DNA of 64,000 nt, taken from Scyliorhinus canicula. Taxonomy: Eukaryota. The number at the start of each line of letters is the position of its first letter. Position 1 is the stretch's first letter. The notes under the pieces are model-generated. The model was not told the DNA's origin. It searched no databases and saw only the letters and a list, made by a program, of their open reading frames with translations. This document shows positions 1-12,709 of this stretch, piece by piece. The stretch lies in contig NC_052158.1 of NCBI RefSeq assembly GCF_902713615.1, positions 125,398,535 through 125,462,534 on the forward strand, in the 5' to 3' direction. Position numbers and translations under genes: made by a program.

Positions 1-1029
1 AGACTCTTTAAGCACGTTTATCCTTTCCCCTTTCTCTCTGTCGCTAGGATGAATCTGACTGAAAATAGTGGGTAACTCAAGCAGCTAATGTGAAAATAAA
101 AAGACCAATCAAACCAAGTAGCGGAGTACGTACTACTAATGGAGCCAAGAGAATACTTAAGGAAACCCCAGGGAGGAAATAAAGGATATTATTGAGAAAG
201 ATTCATGGGCAATGGTTTAGAAGATACCATACATATGCCCACAGTGGGTCGGCGCACTCGATGGGCCGAATGGCCTACTTCTGTATTGTACGTTGTCTGT
301 TCTTTTCTTTTAAAACTGCTTTTCCCCATATCTTGTACTGTGAGAAGTGACTCATGTTGGAGCCTGATTTTAACTCTGTACAAGTGAGTGAGGTTTCAAT
401 GAGTTAAAAGCTTACCAGCGATTCACATTGTTGTCCCTACTTATTCCATCATTTTCAGCATGCCATAACGAAGATTATACACTCTCAAAAGGTGAACCCT
501 TTATTCCAGTAATCTATGGAAACCAATAAAATCCCAGTTTGAGGGGAAGTACCCAATCCTAGCATGCATTGTGGCCAAATCAAATCAGAAAAGAGCGCAT
601 TGTCTTTTGGTTTACCTTCACGTAATATGTTGAAGATACAATTACATTATGTCCTTCTGCACACAGCTGACAAAACGTGCTGCAAAAATTTCTTCTGAAA
701 ATGACCCTAACACAAGTCATTTCCCCCTGGTGAAAGCAAAATAGAACAAATGAAGGGGGCACTCAGCAGTGCATTCTTCTGCCATGATGTGTTAACTCAA
801 TATTATTACAATAACACAGTTCTTCATCAAGGACTTCCCCTGCCTGGTTGATGCTCTGTAATGACAAAGCTGAAAAGAGAAGTCTTTTGTACAAGAACTT
901 CCATCTCATGAGGAGGCTGCAGGCTAATCCATAACCAACAACATGCTATGAAAACTCTGCTCATATTTTGACTGCTGTAACAAATTCCATCACAGCAGCT
1001 GACACAATCCACAACATTCTAAATACAAT

Positions 1030-1450
1030 CATAGAAACACAGAAAATAGGAGCAGAGGCAGCCATTCGGCCCTTCGAGCCTGCTCCGCCATTCATTATGA
1101 TCATGGTTGATCATCCAACTCAATAGCTTAATCCCGCTATCACCCAATATCCTTTGATCCCGTTCACTCCAAGTGCTATATCTAACTGCTTCTTGAAAAC
1201 ATACAATGCGTCAGCCTCAACTACTTCCTGTGGTAACAAATTTCACAGGCTCAACACTCTCTGGGTGAAGACATTTCTCCTCATCTCTGTCCTAAATGTC
1301 TACCACTTATCCTCAGACTGTGACCCCTGGTTCTGGACACGCACACCATCGGGAACATCCTTCCTGCATTTACCCTGATTAGTCCTTTTAGCATTTTATA
1401 GGTTTCTATGAGATTCCCTGTCATTCTTCTGAACTCCAGCGAATACAACA
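1030..1450 (-). mobile_element. CR1 LINE 3' fragment
   Basis: Reverse complement of a CR1 RT C-terminus/3'UTR (catagaaacacagaaaataggagcag...ccattcggcccttcgagcc), the same tail type as other CR1 copies in the window. Confidence 0.7.
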
Positions 1451-1744
1451 AGACTTACTCACCAATCAACTGCGCCAATTGGTCCCACGTCACTTCTTGA
1501 ACTATAACATCACCTCTGAAAGCCACTGTTGGTAGTTCCGACGGTCCCTGCTGCAAGGCCGCTTTTGAGGACAGGTAGAAAATGAAAGGAGCACCTCGCT
1601 CCCTCCTCACTGAATTCCCTCAGTCACAAAACTCCAACTTAAGCATGTTACTGCAGCCCAAAGTAGCACACCAGTGCAAAGGTGCACAAAGGCTTTCCAC
1701 TCCAGTGGTGAAAAACGATCAGAAACTACCCCTGAGAAGATTTG

Positions 1745-1922
1745 AAAATGAAATGAAAATCACTTGTTGTCACAAGTAGGCTCCAATGAAGTTACTGTGA
1801 AAAGCCCCTAGTCACCACATTCCGGAAACTGTTCGGAACGGTACGGGAATTGAACTGTGCTGCTGGCCTGCCTTGGTCTGCGTTAAAAGCCAGCTCTTTA
1901 GCCCAGTGTGCTAAACCAGCCT
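1745..1922 (-). mobile_element. tRNA-derived SINE (gggctggtttagc... family)
   Basis: Minus strand reads GCTGGTTTAGCACACTGG...GTTCAATTCCCGTACC...GGGCTTTTCACAGTAACTTCATTGG with a (TTTCA)n tail; same family at 7018 and 54458. Confidence 0.75.
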
Positions 1923-3588
1923 CTAGTGCACATTTATATTATTATTGCATATATCTCCCTGATACTGTCAACATCGGAGTAGTCCCGATGAGGCTCTCCC
2001 ACTAATTCCGTGGCCACTCCCCCTCCAAGCCCAGGGTGATTGATGCCCCTTTCATTACTATATATAGTCTTTGGAATTAACACTGTGCATTCTGCTTCTC
2101 GCATTACATGAACATTTAAAAAGTCAAACCTAAAAATCCATTGCACAAAAAAAAAATGGATTTAACAAAGATTACAAAACGAAAGAAAGGTTTTGTATGG
2201 ACAATGCGTGAATAATAATTAGCCAACGAGAAAAAGGAGTATTCTGACAACCAGTTACCGGGCGAAAATCTTCTAATGCCTCCTTCATTCCGCTTGTGGA
2301 GCACTTTCAAAACTGGGGCTGTGGTGAGGTTATCAGAAAACCACAGAGGGTGATCTGTTCTAGAGTTCAAAGTTTTTCTCTGGGCTAAGGTTACATATTG
2401 CTCAAGAGACAAAACAAAATAAATAGCATAGTACCACTACTGAATTGAAGCCAATTAAGGCCACGACAGTCTAACTTAAACATTTTCTTTCAAATGACTC
2501 ACATTTGCCTCAAGTAAGTACAATAGGTCTGTGTACTGCACGTGCGTTAGGATCTCAGCACTTTTACGGAATTACGATTTTGTCCCCAGGACTGATAATG
2601 AGTCTCGTGTTCCTCATGAAGGGTAACCACGTGTGTTATCATTGCAGAGATGGGTTAAAACCTACACAGAGTGGGATTTTTGTGTGTGATGGATTTTTGT
2701 TGTTCAAAATGTTAAAATTATAAATGCCTCAATAAAATATTTTCTAAAAAAAAAAACCTACACGGAACCATCAAGATCTCCAAAATAACAGCCCACATAG
2801 GAGGGGGGCTTGGGTTGCTGTGCAGTGCAGTTCACTGGTCTCCACTCAGTCTGCCAGGGCAATATTGTAGACTAATTTCAGGGTTTGTTGTTTGTACAGA
2901 ATTAGCTGTCAAAGGTGGTTTAAATATGGTGATAATTAGCATTTCCCAATCGCTGATTTGTGGATTATAGAAGACCTGCAGTATTTTGTATGTTGGTCAT
3001 TCATTGTGTCTGCTCCAGTACAATGAGTCAGAGGGTGCACACATAATTTTGCTGCAATAAGATCCTGGAGCTCAAGTGCAAAATCTATGATTCTTTATGG
3101 TTTGCTCAATCAGATTGAGAACCACAGTTGCTTGCCCTCTTCATACACGTAGAGGACATCATGTTGCTTTGATGTCCCACTAACAACATATTTTGTAAAA
3201 CCTCCATGGGCAAGTACAGTCTGAAACAGCTGACACTTCTCATTCACCAGGTACACTTTAAGAAACAAAGTATGCGTGCCAGGATATAATTCTCAGACAG
3301 CAGCCAAACAGAAAACGGTTTGGGATCTCTAGCACCCAGTTTCCCCCACCCTGCCTCCAATTGAACACGTGTGCCTTTTTTTAAATGGAAGAGTTACACA
3401 AAGATGGATAAATGGCTTAGACTGCTATTCCTGGCTCACAACAACATTTAACTACATTAGGATAGTAGTTAATTAGGATAGATGGGGAGGGCAATAAATA
3501 TGCACCAAAAACAAAGTTGCATTACAGTTCCATTCAAAAATACAGTATCCTATCATGCCTTTCATTAGGCGGGAGACTTGCTAGATAC

Positions 3589-4243
3589 CTGTTGTGATGC
3601 TCGACACAGCTCGGATGACAACACAGGTGGTCTTTTTCAGCTGTGTCATGGAGTCTGGCTGGTTGGCTATGAAGGGAAGAGCCTGCACGCACTCACCGGG
3701 GTGCCGGTGAAAGACTGCCCGCAGGTAGTACTCTATAAGGCGGACAGCCACACTAAGCTCCCCGGTAACAGTGTCAGCGTGGACCACCCCAATGAGAGCG
3801 GGCAGATCTTCCCAGGAGCTGGACCGGTGCCGAACATCCTTCAGCAGCTCCCGGATCACGAGGTCGTTCCGCTTGTTACAGATGAAATCTTGGTGGAAGA
3901 GGAAGAGAATGAGCCGGGCTTTGATCCGCCGCTGCTCCTTGGTCCCATTAAGTGTGTGGGTCACCTTGCTCGGAGAATCCAACAAGGTCTCAAACTCCCG
4001 CTCGTTGTCGGGCTCCTTGCACTGCGGCTCCGCCGTTTGCTGACTGCTCCCCGAGTCCGAGAGTTTACTGTGGAGTTTCGCAGAACACGGGAACAAGTTG
4101 TTAATGAACTGAAACATGAGGTCCCGGCTCTCGCACACTTCCCCGATCAGGAAGATGCTCTCTCTGCCACCTATGGCTTTGACCAGTTGCTGGAATTCCC
4201 TCTCGGTCCAGTCTGGATCCAGCTCAGCTCTGCCTCCCTCCAT
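3589..4243 (-). CDS. C2orf72-like protein, first/major coding exon
   Basis: ORF MEGGRAELDPDWTEREFQQLVKAIGGRESIFLIGE...LILFLFHQ...IRELLKDVR...PALIGVV...YLRAVF resembles the C2orf72 family as I recall it; CpG-rich; ends in a phase-1 donor AG|GTATCT at 3588. Confidence 0.7.
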
Positions 4244-4335
4244 CCCCCCTCACCCGGTCCTCACCCAACGCCGCTGAGCAAAAGGCGGCTGCAGCCCCGG
4301 GAGCTCCGCCTCTTGGAATGCCAGTCTGCCCAGTA

Positions 4336-4395
4336 TTGACCAATCAGATACGCTAACGCCGAAAGGGGCGGTGCTGGTATTCTTTATGATGTCAT
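4336..4395 (-). promoter_or_regulatory. Proximal promoter of the C2orf72-like gene
   Basis: CCAAT (4340), GC box AGGGGCGGTG (~4364) and CRE-like TGATGTCA (~4388), 100-150 nt upstream of the ATG. Confidence 0.4.
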
Positions 4396-4879
4396 AATCG
4401 GGGTAAATAGGGCTTTCCGCCTTTACTCACTACCCTCAGACATATTGGGGAGAACGAGGCAACATGTGCACCTAACTGCTACCCGAGCCATAGAGTCCAT
4501 TTGAGTCCAAAACCATTGGAATAAATACAACTGTAATATCTCTCCTGGAGCAAGACACCACTCATGGACAACAGTGTTTTTCCCAGGACTCATTTTTACC
4601 AACTGGCCATCCTTCGGGACCCACACCAGCCGACCTTCGCAACCCACCATTTTCACTTACTTTTAAAGTGACCGGTGAGCCTCCTTGGTCCTCATGATCT
4701 TACTTGCTTGGTGATTCAATGTTACATTTCTGACTATTACTTCAGCCAATGATTTAATATTTCACTACATTGGTTGAAAAAAAAGGTTTGTCCTCCAACT
4801 CACCAGTCTTCAGATGCCTTTGAAGTTTTGAAAGCATTTTTAAAAGCTGGCCTTGTTTTTCTCATAAGCTGGGGAACCA

Positions 4880-5130
4880 TTCGTTAACAAGACAATTGAT
4901 CTATCAGAAAAGGAGACAGAAGGGATTCTATGATAGGTTTGCCAAAAGACTTCTACCATTGCAACCAGAGGATACGGTGAGAGCAGGAGATTCCAAAGGA
5001 AATGGATGGTCTAAACAGGCAAGGTACTGCGACAAGCAGGTCCAAAGTTGTATCATTATTACGAATGAAGGTGCTGTCTTAAGAAGGAATAGAAGAGCTG
5101 TGCTCAAAGCAACTGTTTGTCATGCAACCA
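4880..5130 (+). mobile_element. Gypsy/Ty3 integrase C-terminal remnant
   Basis: RQKGFYDRFAKRLLPLQPEDTVR...GW...SCIIITNEGAVLRRNRR matches the typical Gypsy integrase tail. Confidence 0.7.
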
Positions 5131-5424
5131 CTAGAAGAAGCATGCAACAGTCCTATAACATCTGAAGAACATAGAACAAATACAACAAAAGGGTGATACA
5201 TAAATAAACAAAGACCATCAAACTCAAGCAACGAACACTAAAGAACCTTTGCAAGTTCAGCAGACACTGAGAAGGTCTACAGGATGAGACAAAAGCCAGA
5301 AAGACTGAACTTGTGACAGACTGTAAAAAAATTCAGAACATGTAAAGAGTTATGCAAATCATGGTGACATGTAAAAAAGCAATTTAATGTATGTAAATAA
5401 TTTAATTTTCCAAAGGAAATGGGA

Positions 5425-6744
5425 TGTGATGACATGCATAAAGCAACTTTGTACATAATGTTATGCACGGCCTCTGGCCACTAGGTGGCAATGTAAACCC
5501 ACCACATGACGCTGTGGCTGGGAAGTTGGGAATAGGTCGTGTTGGAGGATAGACGTATTTTGCAGTAGCTCTACAATATGTTTTTTAAAGATATTTTTAT
5601 TAAAGTTTTGCAAAATTTTTCATCATAAATAGTAATAATGCTAACACAGGAAAATAGAGAGAACATTAACATAGTGCAGAAAGAGAATATACAATAGCAA
5701 TTAACTAGACTTTACCCTACGCGCCTTAGTCTTTCCACACCCTGCCAACGGAGCACTCACACCCCCCCCCCCCCCATGGATCGCTGCTGCTGCTGCTGAC
5801 TTTTTAATTTTCCCCAGAAGTCAGCGGACGGTATTATGCTCAACAGCAGCAGCTCTGTACACTTGGCAAAAGTATTTACACACATAAGTAGGCTCTGTTC
5901 GTGGTGTTGTCCCTTGCTTCTCTCGGACGGAGTTCGCTGCCATTGTCGTCTCGTGCGTACATCCGCTTCTGCGGCCCTCCTGTCTGCCCCGTTTTCTCTG
6001 TTCCTGTGGATGCCAAGTTTGTTAACGTTTCCCTGCCTCCCCCCTCCCCCTCCCTGGGTCTCCTCTATTGTTCCCTGTTTCTTCCCTCTACCTCCCCCTC
6101 TCCCTGCGTCTGCCCCCCCCCCCCCCCGTGGTTCGCCTTTCCTTCCTCTTAGATTTAGCTGTCCCCCCCCCCCCCCCCCCCTTCTCCCGGTCTATCTCTC
6201 CCTCTCATGCTTTGGCTACTTTCCCCTGTTTCTTGGCTACCTGGCTATTCTTCTGCTTGTTTGTTGGCCACAAACAGGTTCCGGAACAATTGGGTGAATG
6301 GCTGCCACGTTCTGTGGAAGCCGTCGTCTGACTCTCGGATGGCGAATTTGATTTTCTCCATTTGGAGAGATTCCGAGAGGTCGGATAGCCAGTCTGCAGC
6401 TTTGGGTGGTGCTGATGACCGCCAGCCGAACAGGATTCTACAGCGGGCGATCAGGAAGGCAGGGGCGTCCACCCTCCTCCCCAGGAATAGATCTGGCTGG
6501 TCTGAAACCCCGAAGACCGCCACTTTCGGGCATGGCTCCACCCTCATCCCCACCACTTTGGACATTGCCTCGAAGAAGGTTGAGCTCTAAAATAGTTAAT
6601 TAGTGTTAGTAGTTTATTATTTTATTTATCCTAGTTATCTTTATGCAGTTGTTACAGAATAAATTATTTAAATTAGATGTTCTGTAGTTTATCATTCACT
6701 TGGGCCAGTCTATCATTCACTTGGGCCAGTCTACAGAACATGAC
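5425..6744 (+). mobile_element. 3' LTR of the Gypsy remnant, interrupted by L1 fragments
   Basis: Polypurine tract aaaggaaatggga followed by TGTGATG...; AATAAA near 6658; ends CATGACA. Confidence 0.55.
5580..6580 (-). mobile_element. L1-clade 3' fragments
   Basis: ORF 6245-6565 is an L1 ORF2 C-terminus, closely similar to 55430-55770; imperfect TSD agctcta(c/a)aata at 5567 and 6583. Confidence 0.75.
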
Positions 6745-7017
6745 AGTCAGCACTGCTGTCTCGTGGCGCCGAGGACCCGGGTTCAATCCCAGCCACGGGT
6801 GATGTCTGTGTGGAGTTTGCACATTCTCCCCATGTCTGCGTGGGTCTCAACTCCAAAACCCAAAGATTTTTAAGTAAAACAGGTCATGCCCACTTCAATG
6901 CCCGCTGTTGTGGAGGACCTCAATCAAACTGGTGGACTCTGAATAAACTCATCCAAATGGTTACCTGGGCTTGCAGTAAGGCGCGGAATAACAGCAAGAA
7001 GTCAGAGATCCATAGAA

Positions 7018-7222
7018 GGGCTGGTTTAGCTCAGTGGGCTAGACAGCTAGTTTGTGATGCAGAACAAAGCCAGCAGTGCGGTTCAATTCCCGTACCAGCT
7101 GAGAATTCTGAATTCTCCCTTTGTGTACCTGAACAGGCGCTGAAATATGGTGACTAGGGGCTTTTCCCAGTAACTTCATTGCAGTGTTAATGTAAGCCTA
7201 CTTGTGACAGTAAAGATTATTT
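7018..7222 (+). mobile_element. tRNA-derived SINE
   Basis: A/B-box-like head gggctggtttagctcagtgg...gttcaattccc; family-specific tail. Confidence 0.75.
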
Positions 7223-7479
7223 ACATTTATGTTGCATCAATACGCAGCTCTGTCCAAATGAGAGATTGGATAGAAGCACTCCACGCTCTTCAGCTTCTGT
7301 GATGTAATTGATAGCCCAGTTCCTAGATAGCCCTGATTTCAGAATGGACATAATGCCAGTTCATCATGGTGACGAGCACACAGTAGTCCTTGCAGAGACA
7401 AAGTCCACATCCCAGGCTTAAATATAAAAAAAATGATGATATATGTAATTTCACTCTTGCCCTCCAAGTGCTACCTGCA

Positions 7480-8600
7480 CATCTTCTCCTGACCCCTCCG
7501 CATTCTGAAGGGACCATTCACTCTGTAACACCCTGGTTCACTCTTCATAGCCTTTACTACCTGCTGTCCTTCCCCAGGCAAGAATAGGAGATGCAGCGCC
7601 TGCTCATTCATCTACCTCAACATCACCGTTGTGTGAAATGGTAATTTACATGTACTTGCTTCAACCTTATCTTCAGTTACGATCCCAGTTATGTTGTAAC
7701 TGGTCGGGAAGATCTCACAATAATGCTTTCCCTTAACAATTTGAATTCAATCATCGAGGCCAGGTTTTCCAAAGGAAACTTTTGAACACTACACTTCCAC
7801 TCCACTTTTAACAGTGATTCCAGTCCAGGATTTTACACCAACACTTTTAGGATTTCTTTATTTTGACTGCTGTGCAAACTGTCTACAATTGCTTTAACTC
7901 TCAATTTCCCAGTCTAGTAAAATGGCATCAAACATTTTATTTACCTCTGAAGTTTGCTGTCCCACTTTAAATCTGGCTACTGTAATTGTTTCTTTAACTC
8001 CAAAGTCTTTGTTTACTTTTCCTTGAATTCTTCTGAACAATACCTTGATCCCTGTGCTGTTAACTTCATTCGCCTTAAGAGATTTGTTTTGTCCCAATTC
8101 CCTGGTTATCTGGACTGGAAATTACTTGGAGGTCTACCTCTTTGAAACTCCCTTGTCCTATCCAGCTTCTCCTGACAGAGTTGAGAGATCTCCCTGGTGA
8201 CTTGCCCTCAACTGCAAACAAATTCAGCAAAACTAAAACTTAAAAGCTTTTTACGTTACAAGGGTCTCCAGTTGCTAAGCAATGGTCATGTGCCTATGCC
8301 CACTATTTATTTTTCACACCATAGCCCTCTCTAAGCACAATATAATCACAGTCGGAACTTAACCAATCCCCATGCATACAAACACCTTTGCCCGGCATGA
8401 ATCAAACAATAGGTTTTACCCTTCCAGACCAAGGAAACATTAAATTCAACCCACTTAAAACTATATCTTACTTCTAAAGTTTGCCAATACAAATATAAAT
8501 CCCTTAAAACTACCTTTGCATTCCTGACAATGCTGTATTCTCTGCTTGCAGTGCGGTCTTCTCTACATTGGGGAAACCAAATGCCGATTAAGTGGCTACT
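7480..8600 (+). mobile_element. Penelope-like GIY-YIG remnant split by a solo LTR
   Basis: Decayed AF.RDHSL.NTLVHS and FTCT motifs before 7670; continues CILCLQCGLLYIGETKCRL at 8534-8590. Confidence 0.6.
7675..8529 (-). mobile_element. Solo LTR
   Basis: Ends (a)GTTACGATCCCAG...CCTGACA; clearly homologous to 17902-18388. Confidence 0.6.
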
Positions 8601-9022
8601 GATCCATTGAATTCCTTCAAGTGAGAGCTGAACCTGTTCCTGACTGAGGTATAAAAAAGAGATAAGTGTTCTATAAAAATCAAGAGCAGATTGATTTCCT
8701 GGACTAGTTTTAATTGCCTTAAGGAGTCAGAAACAAATTTCCATATTTCACTTTCCCCGCTTGGTTTGAGTGTATAATCCCACCTCTCCCAGGAGATCAG
8801 TGTTTTCAGTTGGGTAGTATATATTGTACTGCACAAGATTTTGCAGCTTTGTGGGACCAATGAGGGTATTTTTCTGTTCATAACTGCACTTACTGAACAC
8901 CTCGGTTATGTTTTCAAACACGCCCACAAACTGCCAGCCACTTGCCATTTCAAATCACTCTTTGTCTGAATTTGGAATGCGACCCTGTTCTGGGGAAGCT
9001 GAGAGTAAGCTTGAGGAACCAT

Positions 9023-9561
9023 GGGCTGGATTCTCCGATTTTGCGGCTATGTCCATAAGAAGCGTCTGGTCTTGCGACCAAAAAGTCGGCACTGCCCCGC
9101 ACCGATGCACCGCCCGGTGGGGGGCTAGCAGCCGCGCCATGTAAAGCCCCTCTTTACCTGCAGATACGGACGCAGAATGACTGGGTCCGTGGCCGTGCAT
9201 TGCACAGTGGTGACCTGCGGCAGCCGCACCATACAAAATGCGGACCCAGCCTGCCAGATAGTGCCCCGTGTAACCCCCCTCAGCCCCCTGGGACCACCCC
9301 CCCCCCCCCCCCACTGGTTCCTCCCAGCCCCTGCCAGAGCCCCCCTGCCAGCGGAATGGCTCTCCCCCCCCTCCAAATGTGGCGGAGCTGCATACAGTCC
9401 GCAGCCGCCACGCAAGGTCCCTGAAAACTGAGAGGACACCTGGCCGACGACATTGTGAAGTCGGCCCATGGTGGCAGAGCATCGAGGAGGGCCTCAGTAT
9501 GTCCCAACGGCATGCGGCGCAGTAAGCTGTTTTTGAGGGGGCAGAGCATCCAAAAAACAGT

Positions 9562-9596
<35 letters not shown>

Positions 9597-9671
9597 ATTT
9601 CGGCATACAAATGCATTCTCCGGGCAATTGCCGAACGCAATTTCGGCATCGTCAATTGGAGAATCCCGCCC
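9023..9671. mobile_element. GC-rich MITE / non-autonomous DNA transposon
   Basis: 14-bp TIRs GGGCTGGATTCTCC / GGAGAATCCCGCCC (1 mismatch); AT on both flanks; no real coding capacity. Confidence 0.7.
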
Positions 9672-9829
9672 ATGAACTCGTCTGTCTTAAGCACCTTGTA
9701 GTGTACTGTATTTAACATCATAGAACATAGAACGATACAGCGCAGTACAGGCCCTTCGGCCCTCGATGTTGCACCGACATGGAAAAAAAAACTAAAGGCC
9801 ATCTAACCTACACTATGCCCTTATCATCC

Positions 9830-12709
9830 ATATGCTTATCCAATAAACTTTTAAATGCCCTCAATGTTGGCGAGTTCACTACTGTTGCAGGTAGGGCATT
9901 CCACGGCCTCACCACTCTTTGCGTAAAAAACCCACCTCTGACCTCTGTCCTATATCAATTACCCCTCAATTTACGGCTATGTCCCCTCGTGCTAGCCACC
10001 TCCATCCGCGGGAGAAGGCTCTCGCTGTCCACCCTATCTAACCCTCTGATCATTTTGTATGCCTCTATTAAGTCACCTCTTAACCTTCTTCTCTCTAACG
10101 AAAACAACCTCAAGTCCATCAGCCTTTCCTCATAAGATTTTCCCTCCATACCAGGCAACATCCTGGTAAATCTCCTCTGCACCCGTTTCAAAGCTTCCAC
10201 GTCCTTCCTATAATGAGGCGACCAGAACTGTACGCAATACTCCAAATGCGGCCATACTAGAGTTTTGTACAACTGTAACATGACCTCATGGCTCCGGAAC
10301 TCAATCCCTCTACCAATAAAGGCCAACACACCATAGGCCTTCTTCACAACCCTATCAACCTGGGTGGCAACTTTCAGGGATCTATGTACATGGACACCGA
10401 GATCCCTCTGCTCATCCACACTACCAAGAATTTTACCATTAGCCAAATATTCCGCATTCCTGTTATTCTTTCCAAAGTGAATCACCTCACACTTCTCCAC
10501 ATTAAACTCCATTTGCCACCTCTCAGCCCAGCTCTGCAGCTTATCTATGTACCTCTGTAACCTGCAACATCCTTCCGCACTGTCTACAACTCCACCGACT
10601 TTAGTGTCGTCTGCAAATTTACTCACCCATCCTTCTGCGCCCTCCTCTAGGTCATTTATAAAAATGACAAACGCAACGGCCCCAGAACAGATCCTTGTGG
10701 TACGCCACTCGTAACTGAACTCCATTCTGAACATTTCCCATCAACTACCACTCTCTGTCTTCTTTCAACTAGCCAATTTCTGATCCACATCTCTAAATCA
10801 CCCTCAATCCCCAGCCTCCATATTTTCTGCAATAGCCGACCGTGGGGAACCTTATCAAACGCTTTACTGAAATCCATATACACCACATCAACTGCTCTAC
10901 CCTCGTCTACCTGTTCAGTCACCTTCTCAAAGAACTCGATAAGGTTTGTGAGGCATGACCTACCCTTCACAAAACCGTGCTGACTATTCCTAATCATATT
11001 ATTCCTATCTAGATTATTATAAATCTATCTTTTATAATCCTCTCCAAGACTTTACCCACCACAGACGTTAGGCTCACCGGCCTATAGTTACCGGGGTTAT
11101 CTCTACTCCCCTTCTTGAACAAAGGGACCACATTTGCTATCCTCCAGTCCTCTGGCACTATTCCTGTAGCCAATGATGACCTAAAAATCAAAGCCAAAGG
11201 CTCAGCAATCTCTTCCCTGGCTTCCCAGAGAATCCTAGGATAAATCCCATCAGGCCCCGGGGACTTATCTATTTTCACCTTGTCCAGAATTGCCAACACT
11301 TCTTCCCTACGCACCTCAATGCCATCTATTCTAATAGCCTGGGTCTCAGCATTCTCCTCCACAATATTATCTTTTTCTTGAGTGAATACTGACAAAAAGT
11401 ATTCATTTAGTATCTCGCTTATCTCCTCAGCCTCCACACACAACCTCCCACCACTGTCCTTGACTGGCCCTACTCTTACCCTAGTCATTCTTTTATTTCT
11501 GACATACCTATAGAAAGCTTTTGGGTTTTCCTTGATCCTACCTGCCAAAGACTTCTCATGTCCGTTCCTTGCTCGTCTCAGCTCTCTCTTTAGATCCTTC
11601 CTCGCTTCCTTGTAACTATCAAGCGCCCCAACTGAAACTTCACGCCTCATCTTCACATAGGCCTCCTTCTTCCTCTTAACAAGAGATTCCACTTCTTTGG
11701 TAAACCACGGTTCCCTCGCTCGACCCCTTCCTCCCTGCCTGACTGGTACGTACTTATCAAGAACATGCAATAGCTGTTCCTTGAACAAGCTCCACATATC
11801 CAGTGTGCCCAACCCTTGCAACCTACTTCTCCAACCTACACATCCTAAGTCATGTCTAATGGCATCATAATTGCCCTTCCCCCAGCTATAACTCTTGCCC
11901 TGCGGGGTATACTTATCCCTTTCCATCACTAACGTAAAGGTCACCGAATTGTGGTCACTGTTTTCAAAGTGCTCACCTACCTCCAGATCTAACACCTGGC
12001 CTGGTTCATTACCCAAAACCAAATCCAATGTGGCCTCGCCTCTTGTTGGCCTGTCAACATATTGTGTCAGGAAACCCTCCTGCACACATTGTACAAAGAA
12101 CGACCCATCTAATGTACTCGAACTATATATTTTCCAGTCAATATTTGGAAAGTTAAAGTCTCCCATAACAACTACCCTGTTACTTTCGCTCTTTTCCAGA
12201 ATCATCTTCGCCATCCTTTCCTCTACATCCCTAGAACTATTAGGTGGCCTATAGAAAACTCCCAACAGGGTGACCTCTCCTTTCCTGTTTCTAACCTCAG
12301 CCCATACTACCTCGGAAGAAGAGTCCCCATCTACCATCCTTTCCGCCACCGTAATACTGTCCTTGACTAGCAGCGCCACACCTCCCCCTCTTTTGCCCCC
12401 TTCTCTGAGCTTACTAAAACACCTAAACCCCGGAACCTGCAACAACCATTCCTGTCCCTGCTCTTTCCATGTCTCTGAAATGGCCACAACGTCGAAGTCC
12501 CAGGTACCAACCCATGCTGCCAGTTCCCCTACCTTATTTCGTATACTCCTGGCATTGAAGTAGACACACTTCAAACCACCTACCTGAACACTGGCTCCCT
12601 CCTGCGAAGTCAAATCTGTGCTCCTGACCTCTATACTCTCAATCTCCCGTACCCCAAAACTACAATCCAGGTTCCCATGCCCCTGCTGAATTAGTTTAAA
12701 CCCCCTCAA
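9830..12709 (-). pseudogene. CR1 ORF2 (APE endonuclease + reverse transcriptase), with frameshifts
   Basis: YFNARS, ISETW, MGDFN, SDHN; PGPDG, YRPVSLTS, QHGF, DFSKAFD, GVPQGSVLGP, FADD across ORFs 11009-12709, 10656-10997 and 9955-10734. Confidence 0.95.

Noticed and set aside
3578-4339. 253-aa plus-strand ORF exactly opposite the C2orf72-like exon
   Set aside because: TTG start and codon-aligned antisense shadow of a GC-rich coding exon; no recognisable motifs
6690-6733. 21-bp tandem duplication
   Set aside because: Simple local slippage inside an LTR
8955-9802. Several 75-175 aa overlapping ORFs
   Set aside because: Arise from the GC-rich MITE with poly-C runs; no transposase motifs
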